64,000 nucleotides of DNA from the NCBI RefSeq assembly GCF_032191835.1, contig NC_083224.1, positions 134,912,001 through 134,976,000 on the forward strand, written 5' to 3'. Below are positions 51,296-63,433 of this stretch, piece by piece (positions within the stretch are counted from its first letter, which is position 1; each line of letters opens with the position of its first letter). The position numbers and the translations under genes were made by a program. This stretch comes from Heteronotia binoei. Its lineage: Eukaryota. Below the pieces are notes generated by a model. That model searched no databases. It had not been told where the DNA came from and worked only from the letters and a program-made list of their open reading frames with translations.

Positions 51296-54200
51296 ATGGA
51301 AGCTTGCTGAGTGACCTTGGGCCAGTCATACACTCTCAACTTAACCTACCTCACAGGATGGTTGTGCGGATAAAAGGGAGGAGAGGAGAACTATGTAAGC
51401 TGCTTTGGGTCCCCATTGGGGAGAGAGGTGGGGTGTAAATAAATATTTTGATGGCATATAACTCCATGCAGACTTAAGCATGTTCTTCAAAATAAGTTAG
51501 ATTCTGGATAAGTTGCAGTCAGATTTATATTTTTGGTGGAGCTGTGAAAAAGTGCAAAGCTCCTCATATCTAGTTTCAGAAGGAATTAACAGTGTGTGGA
51601 TTAGGATGCCCCAGAAGTCACAGTGACTGGGTACAGACAGGCAGCTTGGGGCGGCAGCTTCCTGGCTCAGAAAAAAGGTGACACAGTCCAAGTTGCCTTG
51701 GGGTGGTCAGAGAGCATGCGCCCTGCTGCCAGAAGAGGGATGGGCTGCGTGTGCTGCAGAGGAGCGGTCAGACTGCTCAAGTGCATGGGAGGAGGTTCCC
51801 CGGCATTCCCCGGCTATTCAGACAGCTGGGAAAGGTGACAGGGAAGCGCTTTGGAGATTTTCTACCATTTAGTAAGTGGTAGCTTTTTAAGGCAGAAGAG
51901 GCATAAGAGGATGACATAAGGATGGGAGTGAGGTGGGACCCATATGCGCATGTTTGAATGCACTGGCTGTGGGGAGTTCCTGTGTTGGTCCAAATAGTCT
52001 GTCTATATTCAGCCAGTGTCACTTTTTGTTAGATAAGTTTGACAGAGTTCAATTTCCTATGGGTTTAAGGAATCTTACTATTTGTTAATTGCAGCAGACT
52101 ATTGTGGCCAGCAATTTGTATAGAGAAACTCATCCGACATAGATTAGTTTAGATTATGTAAATACAAACCAGATGTAATTGTCAGATTTTGGTCAGTTTG
52201 TTTTGTAGATCAATGATATTCTCAGTTATAAAGTTCTTAGGTTGATCATAATTCTTTTATTTTTTTCTGTATAAAACCTATTATGATTGTTATTTAATTG
52301 ACTTTTTGGTGGATTATTTAAGGTAATTTTTTTTATTGGTACATTTTTGTTGTGTGTTTTGTTCTGATTGGTTACTTTAAAATGATGATAACTGGGGGTG
52401 GGGTAGTCAGTCAAGGAGAGGAAAGCTAATTAATTCAGGGTTGCAGTGCTAAAAAGAGTGGTTGACTCTGTCTTTTCTGCCTGTCCCCTTAGAAATAGTC
52501 ACCTCAAACTATTAGCCATCACAGGGGAAAATACAGTTTTCCACACTATTTGAATTTTTCCTCCTTCCATAGCCCTAACCCTAAAACAGACAGCTGTAGC
52601 TCTGGGCACAATTTCTATAGGCAGAATTAACCACCTTTCCAGGTGATCCAAATTAGTCCAGGAAGTACAATCTCCAACATAACATGACTTTTTAAACCTG
52701 TACTTTGTTCTATGGAGAGATTACTTTGTCATTTCAGAAAGTTTTCAGACTTGAGTCAGACTGGAAATAGAATGCAGATGAATATATTATTTTGTGTATA
52801 TTATGAAGATCCACAGGATGCAACCTAGGGACTTGTAAATCTAATAACCACCAACACTTACTAAGACTTTGCGAAAATCAGTTATGTTAACTGTAGTTCT
52901 AGGCTCTTTATTAAGGGTTGATAAAGTAGCTGTAATTAAGAGTAGACTGGATTTCCAGATTATATCACATGAAACATTACATTACATGAAGCATTTAAAT
53001 TCCTTGTACTTGGTAATTCCTGGATGGCATTGCTTTATTGTGTTACTATTAGTGGTAGATAAACATAACAGTAGAATGAAAGAAAGTATTAGGGTAGGGA
53101 TCCCCAACTTTTGGAGTCTGCAGGCACATTTGGAATTCTGACACAGTGGTGGGTACAGCCACAAACTAGCTGCTTCAGGAGGTGGCACCAGCCACAAATG
53201 GCTGCTGTATTAGCTTACATTACACACATGGCAACAGCTGCTGCCAAAGCAATTTAAAATATGCACAGCCAATCAAATCTGCAGTGGCCAATCAGAAGTT
53301 CAGCAGGGCAAAAGTTCCTTCTGGCTCCTCCCACTTTCTAAAAACATTTAGTGGGTGCCAGGAAAGGTGTAAACAGGTGCCATAGCAGGCACCATCACAG
53401 GGATTGTGTTGGGGACTCATATATAAGGATATGGAGGAAAATGCAGGTATTTTGCATGTTGTGAGTCTATAGAAAGATGGCTGATGGTTGAACTTGTTCA
53501 GTTGTTCCTGAAAAGATGTCTGGCTAGTAAAAGATACTTTCTCATCCTTGCAGAAATCAAAGATGCACTTGATTTTATAATGTTACTTTGTTATCATATA
53601 ATACCTATAATTTCTAGAAAATCAATTGTGCTACAGCAAAAACAACTATAGTGTTGTAGTAACACTATATTGGATAATCTTAAAAATATAAATGAAAAAT
53701 GGTTGTACTTGCCCTCAATCTTTGGTGTCAGGTTGGATTACCAATCTAAAGAACTGTGGTCTTGGTGACAGTTTGTGAGATTTCTCCACCTGATCTAACT
53801 AGGCCATTATGGCAATCAAATGAGAGTTCCAACTTATGAAAAATAAGCAAAGGCATTGGGATTATAGTCTAACATACTCCTAAAGGAAGAAATAGGATGT
53901 ACTGTGTTAGGACTTTGGGTATCTATAAATAATTTGAGGCAGATAAATATGTTTTATAAGATGGTTTGGTCCAATGATGTAAAAAAATGCAGAATCCATC
54001 TCATACCATTGACGTATTAGGACCTTTCCAGTTCACAAAAAAAGTTGTATGATCCTTACAAGGCAAATCAACATAGCTAGTTTTAAATTCCCAATTTCTC
54101 TTCAAATAACTAAGCTTGTAAATTGATATCTCCACAATTGTTATCTAGTTTAAAATGCATACAATGTTCAAAGGATCATAAATAATCTAGTTCCACTTAA

Positions 54201-55716
54201 TTAAATGCTAATGGAAATCTGAGAATCTGAGCCTAAAGACTTCTAAAGGCTATGTAAATTCTTTCTGCATTCAACATTACTTCTTTCTCCCCTAGAAAAT
54301 TAACTACCTGTTCTTCTTTCCTTCTAGGAACAATCTAGGTCCACAAGTTCACTTCTACTAGTCTGGTAGTCCTTTATTCTGTGACTCCTTTCAGATAATT
54401 GATTACTGATAATTTGTTTCCACTTTCTTGTAATTTTCTTCTTTAGGAGATGAAAAGTTACCTTTGCCTTTGGCTGAATATATTACTTTTTTTTTGTCTG
54501 AACTTTATTTTCACCAGCATTCATGAAAAAAAAAAATATCTTGTGTATTGTTAAAAGATTTCCATAGTGCTATTAAAATTATTGACTCTGTCTGATGTTG
54601 TCCTCTGTCTGTCTCTGGGTGTCCTTTGTTACCACCTGGCAGGCTTTTGGGCTCCAGGACTCTTGTTCAGTCACCCAGCACCAGATTGTTCCCAATCCCT
54701 CAGGTCATCGGGAGGGGAGACAGTTGAGCCACCATTGATCCTTTCCTTTCCTCTTCTATTATTCTATTATTATTATTCTGATCCTCCTCCTCTGTATACA
54801 CAGTCACTCTTTCGACTAGCAGAAATCTCCTTCACTGTCTCTCTGTGGCAGCACCCTCGTTACTTGCCTACCTGTGATCTTGTGTATCGGCTCCTCCTTG
54901 GCCTGTGTTCATAAGCTAAATTTAAACAGTATGCCCCTCTCTGCTCCCACCAGGTGGTCCCTTTCTCCAGTTCACTCAGCTGTAGGGCCTGCCGGTGTAC
55001 CCAGGTCAAGCTGAGGGCAATGCAGGTGGTTCCTGGCAGCTGCGGTCAGATCTTCAGGAGAGTAGGTGCTCACCTCCCTTTCCCCCATTTTGGGCCAGAT
55101 CACTTGCAGGGCATTGAGTTTGCTGAGAGATGCCTACATCCCTTTGGGCCCTGGACCAAAGGGGGAGTCTGGGCTGAGGGTCCTGGGATTGTCCTGAAGG
55201 TCACTGACATCTGGACAACCTCGAGGTCTGGACCCCCCCTCTCCCACCATTCATGGACTGTGTGTACTCTGGCCTTGATGCCAGATCTACAGGGACTTTT
55301 AGTTATTATGGACTTGTGTTACTGAACTCCCAGGCATCCTGCCTTATTGGACATTCAGTCTTGTTGGACTCATAAGTATTGGGCATATGTGCCAGCCCAA
55401 TATAGACATTTATCCTGTGTGGACCATGCAGCAGTGCTTTCAAGCCAGTCTCCAGACAGTTCCATTGCCTGCCCCTGCTATTGGTGTGACTGTTCGAGCT
55501 TTTCATACCAAGAAGGACTCCAGATCATGCTTTCCCAGAGAGCTGCCCAGCCCTGCAGACTGCAACTGTATTCCTGTCATTCGAAGACAGCATCAAACAG
55601 CAGTGATGTTCTAAAACAATAACCCTCAGTCCTGCCAAATGCCATGATGGCAAGATGAGAGCCTCACATATGCCAGCCATACTATGGAGATGTAAATGAA
55701 GAAGCCAACAGTCAAC

Positions 55717-56115
55717 CAGGGCTGGCTCTATGGGGCATAGCGCCTCAGGCAGCCTTGCTGCCCACTGACCCGCAATGGCACTGCACCACATCTGCTGACC
55801 TGCCCCCCGGCAGCATGTCCTCCTCCCTCCCTTTCTCTCTATTTTAATGCCTGGAACCACGGTAAAGCGCCGCGTTCCGGGTCTCTTGAAAGACCTCTCC
55901 CCACCCCGCACGATCAACTGATCAGTGAGTAAAACTGTGACAGAGGCTGGCAGCTCCTATGCTGCCCCTCCGGCGCATTCACGATCAGCGTGGGGGCAGC
56001 AGCAGCAGGAAGGACGGGCGAGGCTGGGGACAAGCAAGCGAGGCTGTGGAGGCTGAATTTGGCGCACCACCCTGCCAGTGCCCTAGGCAATTGCCTAGTG
56101 GGCAAGCCAGTCCTG
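55717..56115. mobile_element. Non-autonomous hAT element
   Basis: TIRs CAGGGCTGGCT / AGCCAGTCCTG; perfect 8-bp TSD CAGTCAAC (55709-55716, 56116-56123). Confidence 0.9.
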
Positions 56116-56725
56116 CAGTCAACAATAGGCTCAATGTCACATCTTCACACCCAACAAAAGACTGTTCCGGCTGACCATCAAGGCAAATGTCCGGCACAAT
56201 GAAAACACCCAGAAAGGTGATTACCGTCAAGGACTTAATCCAGTCACATAGACCTTTCCCATTGTGTTCGCTCTGGTGTCACAATAGATAGCAATTTGGT
56301 GCTAAATTCACCAATAGGTAAAACCATCAACACCCATTAATCCTTTTGTCAATTTCCTTGGGAGCCATCTCCGGGACTGATGTCAGGAGACACCTGATAG
56401 CACCCCAGGACACAAATTTGAGTATAAGAAGGCTGGTTTTTGGCCAGTCAGGTATGTCTCTTGTGGTACCCCTACCTTGCTGCTTGAGCCACACCCAAGT
56501 ACCTGATCAGTTTCGGGCCCTTGTATTTGCAAGATATGCTGGTCATTTCTTGTCCCTCCCCCCCCTCCCTGATCGTCATCGCTATTGATCCGTGCTTCTG
56601 GGTTCTTCAAGACTGGTAAAGTATTTGCCCTGTCTTTGTTTCATCCTATGTGTTTCTCTATCCAATTTTCCTGCTATTTTTCTTAGGACTGTGTGTTTGT
56701 TAATGATTTATTTTCCTGTATGCTT

Positions 56726-57720
56726 ACCAGCCTACCTCACATGTCTCCTGAGAAACCTATATAAGGGGCAAGAATCAACTGTCAGAACGGGATATGGAGC
56801 AACTGATTGGTTTAGAATAGGAAAGGGGGTTCGACAAGGATGTATATTGTCACCCTGCTTATTTAATTTATATTCAGAGTACATCATGCGGAATGGTGGC
56901 CTGGATGAAGCACAAGCCAGAATTAAGATTGCTGGGGAAAACATCAACAACCTCAGATATGCAGATGACACCGCTCTAACGGCAGAAAGTGAGAAGGACC
57001 TAAAGAACCTCTTGTTGAGGGTGAAAGAGGAGAGCACAAAAGTAGGCTTGAAACTCAATATCAAAAAAACTAAGATCATGGCATCTGGCCCCATCACACC
57101 TTGGCAAATAGAAGGGGTAAACATGGAAGTAGTGACAGACTTCACATTCCTGGGATCCAAGGTTACTGCAGATGGTGGTTATTAAAAGACATTTGCTCCT
57201 TGGGATGACAGCTATGGCGAATTTTGGCAGTATAATAAAAAGTAGAGACATCACCCTGCCAACAAAAGTCCGTATAGTCAAAGTGATGGCATTCCCAGTA
57301 GTAAGGTATGGCTGTGAGAGCTGGACCATAAGGAAGGCCGAGTGCAGAAGAATAGATGCTTTTGAGCTGTGGTGCTGGAGAAGAACCTTGAGAGTCCCTT
57401 GCACTGCAAGAAGATCAAATCAGTCAGTCCTAAGGGAAATCAACCCAGACTGTTCCCTGGAAGGTCAGATGCTGAAGCTGAAACTCAAATACTTTGGCCA
57501 CCAAATGAAAAGGGAGCGCTCCCTGGAGAAGATCCTGATGCTGGGAAAGACAGAAGGCAAAAGAAGAAGGGGACGGCAAAAGATGAGGTGGCTGGACAGC
57601 ATTACTGATGTAACTAACACGAATCTGAGCAGACTTCAGAGGATGGTAGAAGACAGGAGGGCCTGGTGTGTCCATGGGGTCACAAAGAGTCAGACTTGTC
57701 TGTATGAATGAACAACAAAA
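56726..57720 (+). mobile_element. BovB (RTE) LINE 3' fragment
   Basis: VRQGCILSPCLFNLYSEYIMRN..INNLRYADDT..GCESWTIRKAECRRIDAFELWCWRR; (CAA) tail; 6-bp TSD ATGCTT; inserted in LTR-like sequence at ~56130-57836. Confidence 0.9.
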
Positions 57721-58159
57721 ATGCTTGATCTGTTTTTCTAATAAAAATTATTTTAGTTTACCATCTATCTCCTCATTATTTAAAGGGTGTCCTGGGTAGA
57801 TTCCTTCCTGTATACATACGTTATTGACCCCACACATTTGCCATCTTTGCCCACCTTATAAATTCCCCCATACTTAATCAGAGGGCAATTTAGTTAACAG
57901 TGCTTTTTTTTTTTTTACAGGACAAGAAGAATGAATGTAGATAAAGGAAGCTAAACCACTTCCACTTTCTCTGTCTTTCCTTACTGCTTTCCACTGCTGG
58001 AAGGAAAAGGCACTTGAAGCAACTGAGTTCAGCAGGATATAGTGGAGTAGAGAAAAAAAGGAAGATTTTGTTCTCCTCACCAATGCACTCCTTTTAGTGT
58101 AGCACAATGGACTATCCCCCACACAATTTATTCATGAGTGAACTTGGCACGTGAACATG

Positions 58160-58277
58160 GCCTATGGCCATACCACACTGAACACGCCTGATCTCATTTG
58201 ATCTTGGAAGCTAAGCAGGGTTGGGCCTGGTTAGTACTTGGATGGGAGACTGCCTGAGAACACCGGGTGCTGTAGGC
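58160..58277 (+). pseudogene. Full-length 5S rRNA retrocopy (tailless)
   Basis: Colinear with vertebrate 5S (GCC(T)ATGGCCATACCAC...AGCTAAGCAGGG...TTAGTACTTGGATGGGAGAC...GGGTGCTGTAGGC); mostly CpG-type transitions; no T-run terminator; imperfect 12-bp TSD. Confidence 0.92.
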
Positions 58278-58989
58278 ATGTGAGCATGCAGTTGCGCCGT
58301 TTGCTGGTGTTAGGGGTCGAACAGTCACAGCTTCAGAGCTTCCTCTGGTCACATGCTTTTGGTGACTCCAGAGGGAATAACAGTTATGATTCTGGTCCTC
58401 TCTGCCTAGTAGAAAGCAAATCAAAGGCCTTGGTTTTCCTAGAGTGAGATAACTTGATTTTTTAAAAATTTAACAGGCAAATGCCTCATAGACAGGAGCT
58501 CCACTCCCTGTCTCAGTTCTGAGTGTTGAGCAACAAAATGTTCAGAGCTTGCTGAAGTACACTTCCCTTCACTCTGGCTAGTGACAAAGTGATCACAGAT
58601 AACAGTCTCATAGAAGTGTGCTCCCCTCCCTGATTCAGATGGCTGAGTGTAGTGACAAAGTACTCATATATGAAGACCTTGTGGTGATGCACTCTACCCT
58701 CTACTCTAGCCTGGAGGTTATGGCAACAAAGTTCTGATGGATGAAGGCCTTAGGACAGTGTACTTCCCATCCCTGCTTCACTCAGAAATCTAAGCTATGC
58801 TTACAAATGAAGCAATGCCACAGGTATTTGCAAAAGTAAACCCTCCTCCCTCTTTGGGCCACGTGGGTTCTGTGAATAAAAACTGTGGGAATGGCTTTGC
58901 AGAGGCACACAGGAGCATACTGAGAGGTCAGACTAGCCCTGGGAAGGGCCACTCCCCTGCCACACACACCAGTGTGCCAGTCTAGTCTG

Positions 58990-59215
58990 AGGGTGCCCTA
59001 ACCTGGTTGGCCCAGGCTAGCCAGATCTCATCAAATGTTGGCTTCTAAGCAGGGTCAGCACTGCTTAGTACTTGGATGGGAGACCATCAAAGAAGTCCAG
59101 GGTTGCCATGCAAAGGGAGGCACAGACAAAGCACATCTGCTCATCTCTTGGTTTTAAAATCCTATGGGGTCACCATAAGTCAGCTATGATTTGACAGTCC
59201 CTTTCACCACCAGTC
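58990..59215 (+). mobile_element. 5S-derived SINE (5S-Sauria-like)
   Basis: Degenerate 5S head (CTAAGCAGGGTC..TTAGTACTTGGATGGGAGACC) followed by BovB/Sauria-like tail GGGGTCACCATAAGTCAG..GATTTGAC. Confidence 0.7.
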
Positions 59216-59574
59216 TGCGTACAGACACTAGAGCAGAGTCTTCCACCTAGGCAGCAGGATGCTCTTTCTTATTCTTGACTTTTCCCCATTTCAAGAAGGG
59301 TAAAAGACAGCATAAGCTGTTCCAAGTCTTTCACATCTTTTCAGGAATTGTAGGGTTCCATAATCCTCTCCTAGATCATGACTTAGTAGTGTTTGATTGC
59401 TTAGAGTCCTTCTCTTGATCAGAAGAAAATGGATGTTCAAAGCGATAGTACTCAAAGGTTCATAGTTCTAAAAGATCAAGATCAGAAAGGGCAGAAGAGC
59501 TGGATACTCTACAACCAATAAACTCATGTAGAGTTTTTTTTTTCCTCTTGAAGATTTAACTCTTTGCCTCTCCT

Positions 59575-59722
59575 TGAGAGCCAGTTTGGTGTAGTGGTTA
59601 AGTGTGCGGACTCTTATCTGGGAGAACCGGGTTTGATTCACCACTCTTCCACTTGCACCTGCTGGAATGGCCTTGGATCAGCCATAGCTTTCATAGGAGT
59701 TGTCCTTGAAAGTGCAGCTGCT
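59575..59722 (+). mobile_element. Squam3-like SINE 5' half, truncated by the L1 insertion
   Basis: GAGAGCCAGTTTGGTGTAGTGGTTAAGTGTGCGGACTCTTATCTGGGAGAACCGGG head; stops at GCAGCTGCT. Confidence 0.8.
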
Positions 59723-60740
59723 TATGAAGTCCTCTCCAAACTCCATGATCTTAAGCTGTTGCAATAAAAAAGTCCAATCTAAATTATCAAAGGCTTTTTC
59801 CGCATCAAGTAGGATTAATGCCAGATGTTTATTACTGTTTACCTCATAGTACTCCAGAGTATCTAAAATAATTCTGATATTCGTTCTCAAATGTCCAAGC
59901 CATATATAGTGAACAGAATGTTAAAGTAATTATTAATGGGGATACTACTGGGGAAATAAAGGTTTGCAAGGGAACCAGACAAGGCTGTCCACTTTCCCCA
60001 TTACTTTTCATTTTATCATTGGAGGTTCTTAATGAATCCATCAGGCGTAATAGCAATATAAGTGGTCTGAAGGTAAAGGGGGAGACATATAAGCTTCTGG
60101 CATACGCCGATGATATTGCCCTAATCTTACAAAATCCATTAGAATCAATAGAAGAGGTCTTGAAAGAAATAGATGACTATGGACAAGTAGCCGGTTTGAA
60201 GATAAACAAACAGAAATCTAAAATCTTAACTAAGAATATGACAATTCAGGAGATTAACCGTTTGGAAATAAGAGCTGGTTTTAAAAGTGCAAAGAAAGTG
60301 AAATACTTAGGAATAAATTTGACAAACAAGTGTAGCAGTATATATGAAAACAATTTTGTGACTGCGCTAAAAGAAATCAAGAATCTACTGAAGAAGTGGG
60401 AAGGTCTGCAACTGTCTTTTATGGGAAGAATTGCCCTTATTAAGATGACAATTCTTCCGAAAGTGATGTTTTTATTCCAAACAATTAATTTTGCAATTAA
60501 GAAGGATTTTTTCACTAAACTGAATAGACTCGTCAGGACATTTATATGGCAAGGGAAAAAGCCAAGAATTAGATGGAAGATACTAAGTGACCAGAAAGAA
60601 AACGGAGGATTAGGCTTACCAGATTGGGAATCCTACTATATTGCAAATGTAACAGTCTGGTTGAAAGACTGGATAAGCCTGGAAAATAAGAGAATTCTTG
60701 CTTTAGAAGGTCATGACCTCTTGACAGGTTGGCATGCGAA

Positions 60741-63433
60741 TCTCTCTCTCTCGGCTTGGCTTCGCGAACGAAGATTTAAGAAGGGTGCAATAGTCCACGT
60801 TTGCTGCAGGCTCGCTGGTGGCTGACAAGACCAATGTGGGACAGGCAGGTCCGGCCACAGCGGCTGCAGGGAAAAGTCTGATTTAGGGTTGGTCCTGTAG
60901 CAGTGCGATTCTTCCTCAATCTCCTTTTGTCCTCAAGACCAGCTATGCGTGCGTTCTCAAAGGAAGAGACAGCCTGGTGGATGATGTGCCTCCATGCTTT
61001 GCGATCTGAGGCTAGGTCAGACCACTGGTGATGGTTGATGTGACAGGTGCTAAGGGATTTCTTCAAGGAGTCCTTGTACCTCTTCTTTGGTGCCCCTCTA
61101 TTTCGATGGCCGGTGGAGAGTTCGCCATACAGGGCAATCTTGGGAAGGCGGTGGTTTTCCATCCTAGAAATATGCCCTGCCCAGCGCAGCTGCGTCTTCA
61201 ACAGCAGTGCCTCGATGCTGGTAACCTCCGCCCTCTTGAGGACTTCAGTGTTGGTCACAAAGTCACTCCAGTGGATGTTGAGGATGGTGCGAAGGCAGCG
61301 CTGATGAAAGCGCTCAAGGAGTCGCAGGTGATGACGGTATAAAACCCATGATTCGGAGCCGTAGATGAGGGTTGTCATCACAACCGCTTTGTAAACATTG
61401 ATCTTTGTGCCTTTTTTCAGATGCTTGTTGCTCCACACTCTTTTGTGCAGTTGGCCAAAGGCACGGTTTGCCTTTGCCAGCCTGTTGTCAATCTCCTTGT
61501 CGATCTTGGCATCTGAGGAGATGATGCACCCCAGGTAGCTGAACTGCTGGACTGTCTTCAGAACTGATTCACCCACAGTGATGCAGGGAGGGTGATAATC
61601 TTCCTGGGGTGCAGGCTGGTGGAGAACTTCTGTCTTCTTCAGACTAACTTCTAGGCCGAATAGCTTGGCAGCCTCTGCAAAGCAGGACGTCATATGCTGC
61701 AGAGCTGATGCCGAGTGGGAGACAAGTGCAGCATCATCAGCAAACAGTAGCTCTCGGATGAGTTTTTCCATTGTCTTGGAGTGTGCCTTTAGTCGCCTCA
61801 GGTTGAACAGGCTGCCATCGGTGCGATAGCGGATGTATACACCATCGTCATCATCTAGATCTACTGCGGCTCTTTGAAGCATCATGCTAAAGAAGATCGT
61901 AAAGAGAGTTGGCGCGAGAACGCAGCCTTGCTTTACACCTGTGCCTATTGGGAAGGGCTCCGAGAGGTCGTTGCAGTGTCTGACTTGGCCTCGCTGGTCT
62001 TCGTGTAGCTGGATGATCAAGCTGAGGAACCTTGGGGGACATCCTAAACGTTCCAAGATTTGCCACAGGCCTTTCCTGCTAACGGTATCGAAAGCTTTGG
62101 TAAGGTCGACAAAAGTCACATACAGAGCCTTGTTCTGTTCCCTGCATTTCTCTTGGAGCTGCCTGAGAACAAATACCATGTCAGTGGTGCTCCTGTTAGC
62201 TCTGAAGCCGCACTGGCTCTCTGGGAGGAGTTCTTCTGCAATGGTGGGCACCAGTCTGTTCAGGAGTATTCTGGCAAGGATTTTGCCTGCGATGGAGAGC
62301 AGGGTTATCCCCCGGTAGTTGGAGCAGTCTGACTTTTCCCCTTTGTTCTTGTATAGGGTGATGATGATTGCATCGCGAAAGTCCTGTGGTAATTTGCCTT
62401 GTTCCCAGCAGGTGACAAGTACTTTGTGGAGTGAGCTATGTAGTACTGTGCCCCCATGCTTCCAGATCTCTGGTGGAATTCCATCAACTCCCGCTGCCTT
62501 GCCACTTTTCAGTTGCTTGATGGCTTTAACAGTCTCTTCTAGGGTGGGGATCTCATCCAACTCTGTTTTCACCGGTTGAAGTGGGGTGAGGTGGATTGCT
62601 GAATCTTGAACTACGCGGTTGGCACTGAAGAGAACCTGAAAATACTCCGACCACCGGTTCAGTATGGATGCCTTGTCTGTGAGGAGCACTTGGCCGTCTG
62701 CACTATGCAAGGGACTCTGAGCCTGATATGATGGACCATATACTGCCTTCAGGGCTTCGTAGAACCCTCTTAAATCACCAGTGTCTGCACACAGCTGGGT
62801 TCTCTCTGCAAGCTTGGTCCACCACTCGTTCTGAATGTCTCGAAGCTTGCGCTGGAGGTTGCTACATGCAGCACGAAAGGTTGCTTTTTTCCCAGGACAG
62901 GAGGGCTGAGCAAGATGTGCTTGGTAGGCAGATCTCTTTTTTGCCAGTAATTCTTGGATCTCTTGATTGTTCTCATCAAACCAGTCCTTGTTCTTCCTTG
63001 TGGAGAACCCGAGGACTTCTTCAGAGATCTGCAGGACGGTAGTTTTTAGGTGTTCCCAGAGTGCTTCTGGAGAAGGGTCTGTGGGGCAACTGGGGTCCTC
63101 AATTCTTGACTGGAGTTTTGCCTGGAAGGCAGCTTTAACTTCGGCTGACTGGAGGCTGCCAACCTGAAACTTCCTCCGAGGGATACCTCCTCTCCTGGGT
63201 GTGGGTTTAAAGTGAAGACGGAGATTGCAGCGTACAAGACGATGATCCGTATGACATTCTGCGCTGGGCATTACTCGGGTGTGTAAGACATCTCGAAGGT
63301 CTCTCTGGCGCACCAGAATGTAGTCGATAAGGTTCCAATGCTTGGACCGTGGGTGCATCCAGGTTGTCTTCAGACTGTTCTTCTGCTGGAAGATAGTGTT
63401 GGTGATGGTGAGCTGGTGCTCCGTGCAGAATTC
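60741..63433 (-). mobile_element. RTE-clade LINE copy 2, 5'-truncated in the APE domain
   Basis: (GA)n tail, 23-nt 3' UTR, closely similar to copy 1; inserted in L1 at TCTC microhomology. Confidence 0.95.
60776..63432 (-). CDS. RTE LINE ORF: APE C-terminal part, reverse transcriptase, C-terminal zinc finger; open from the truncation point
   Basis: 860-aa ORF extended upstream by an open EFCTEHQLTITNT...TTW; IDYILV/TDH (APE), DLTKAFDTV, QGCVLAP, LFADD, CSRCGRTCLSHIGLVSHQRAC. Confidence 0.93.

Noticed and set aside
54560-56720. Complete ERV/LTR retrotransposon
   Set aside because: Only LTR-like signals (TATAA, AATAAA/ATTAAA); no gag, pol or PBS and no TSD could be established
58160-58277. Functional 5S rRNA gene
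   Set aside because: Solitary, many CpG-type substitutions, no oligo-T terminator, TSD-like flanks
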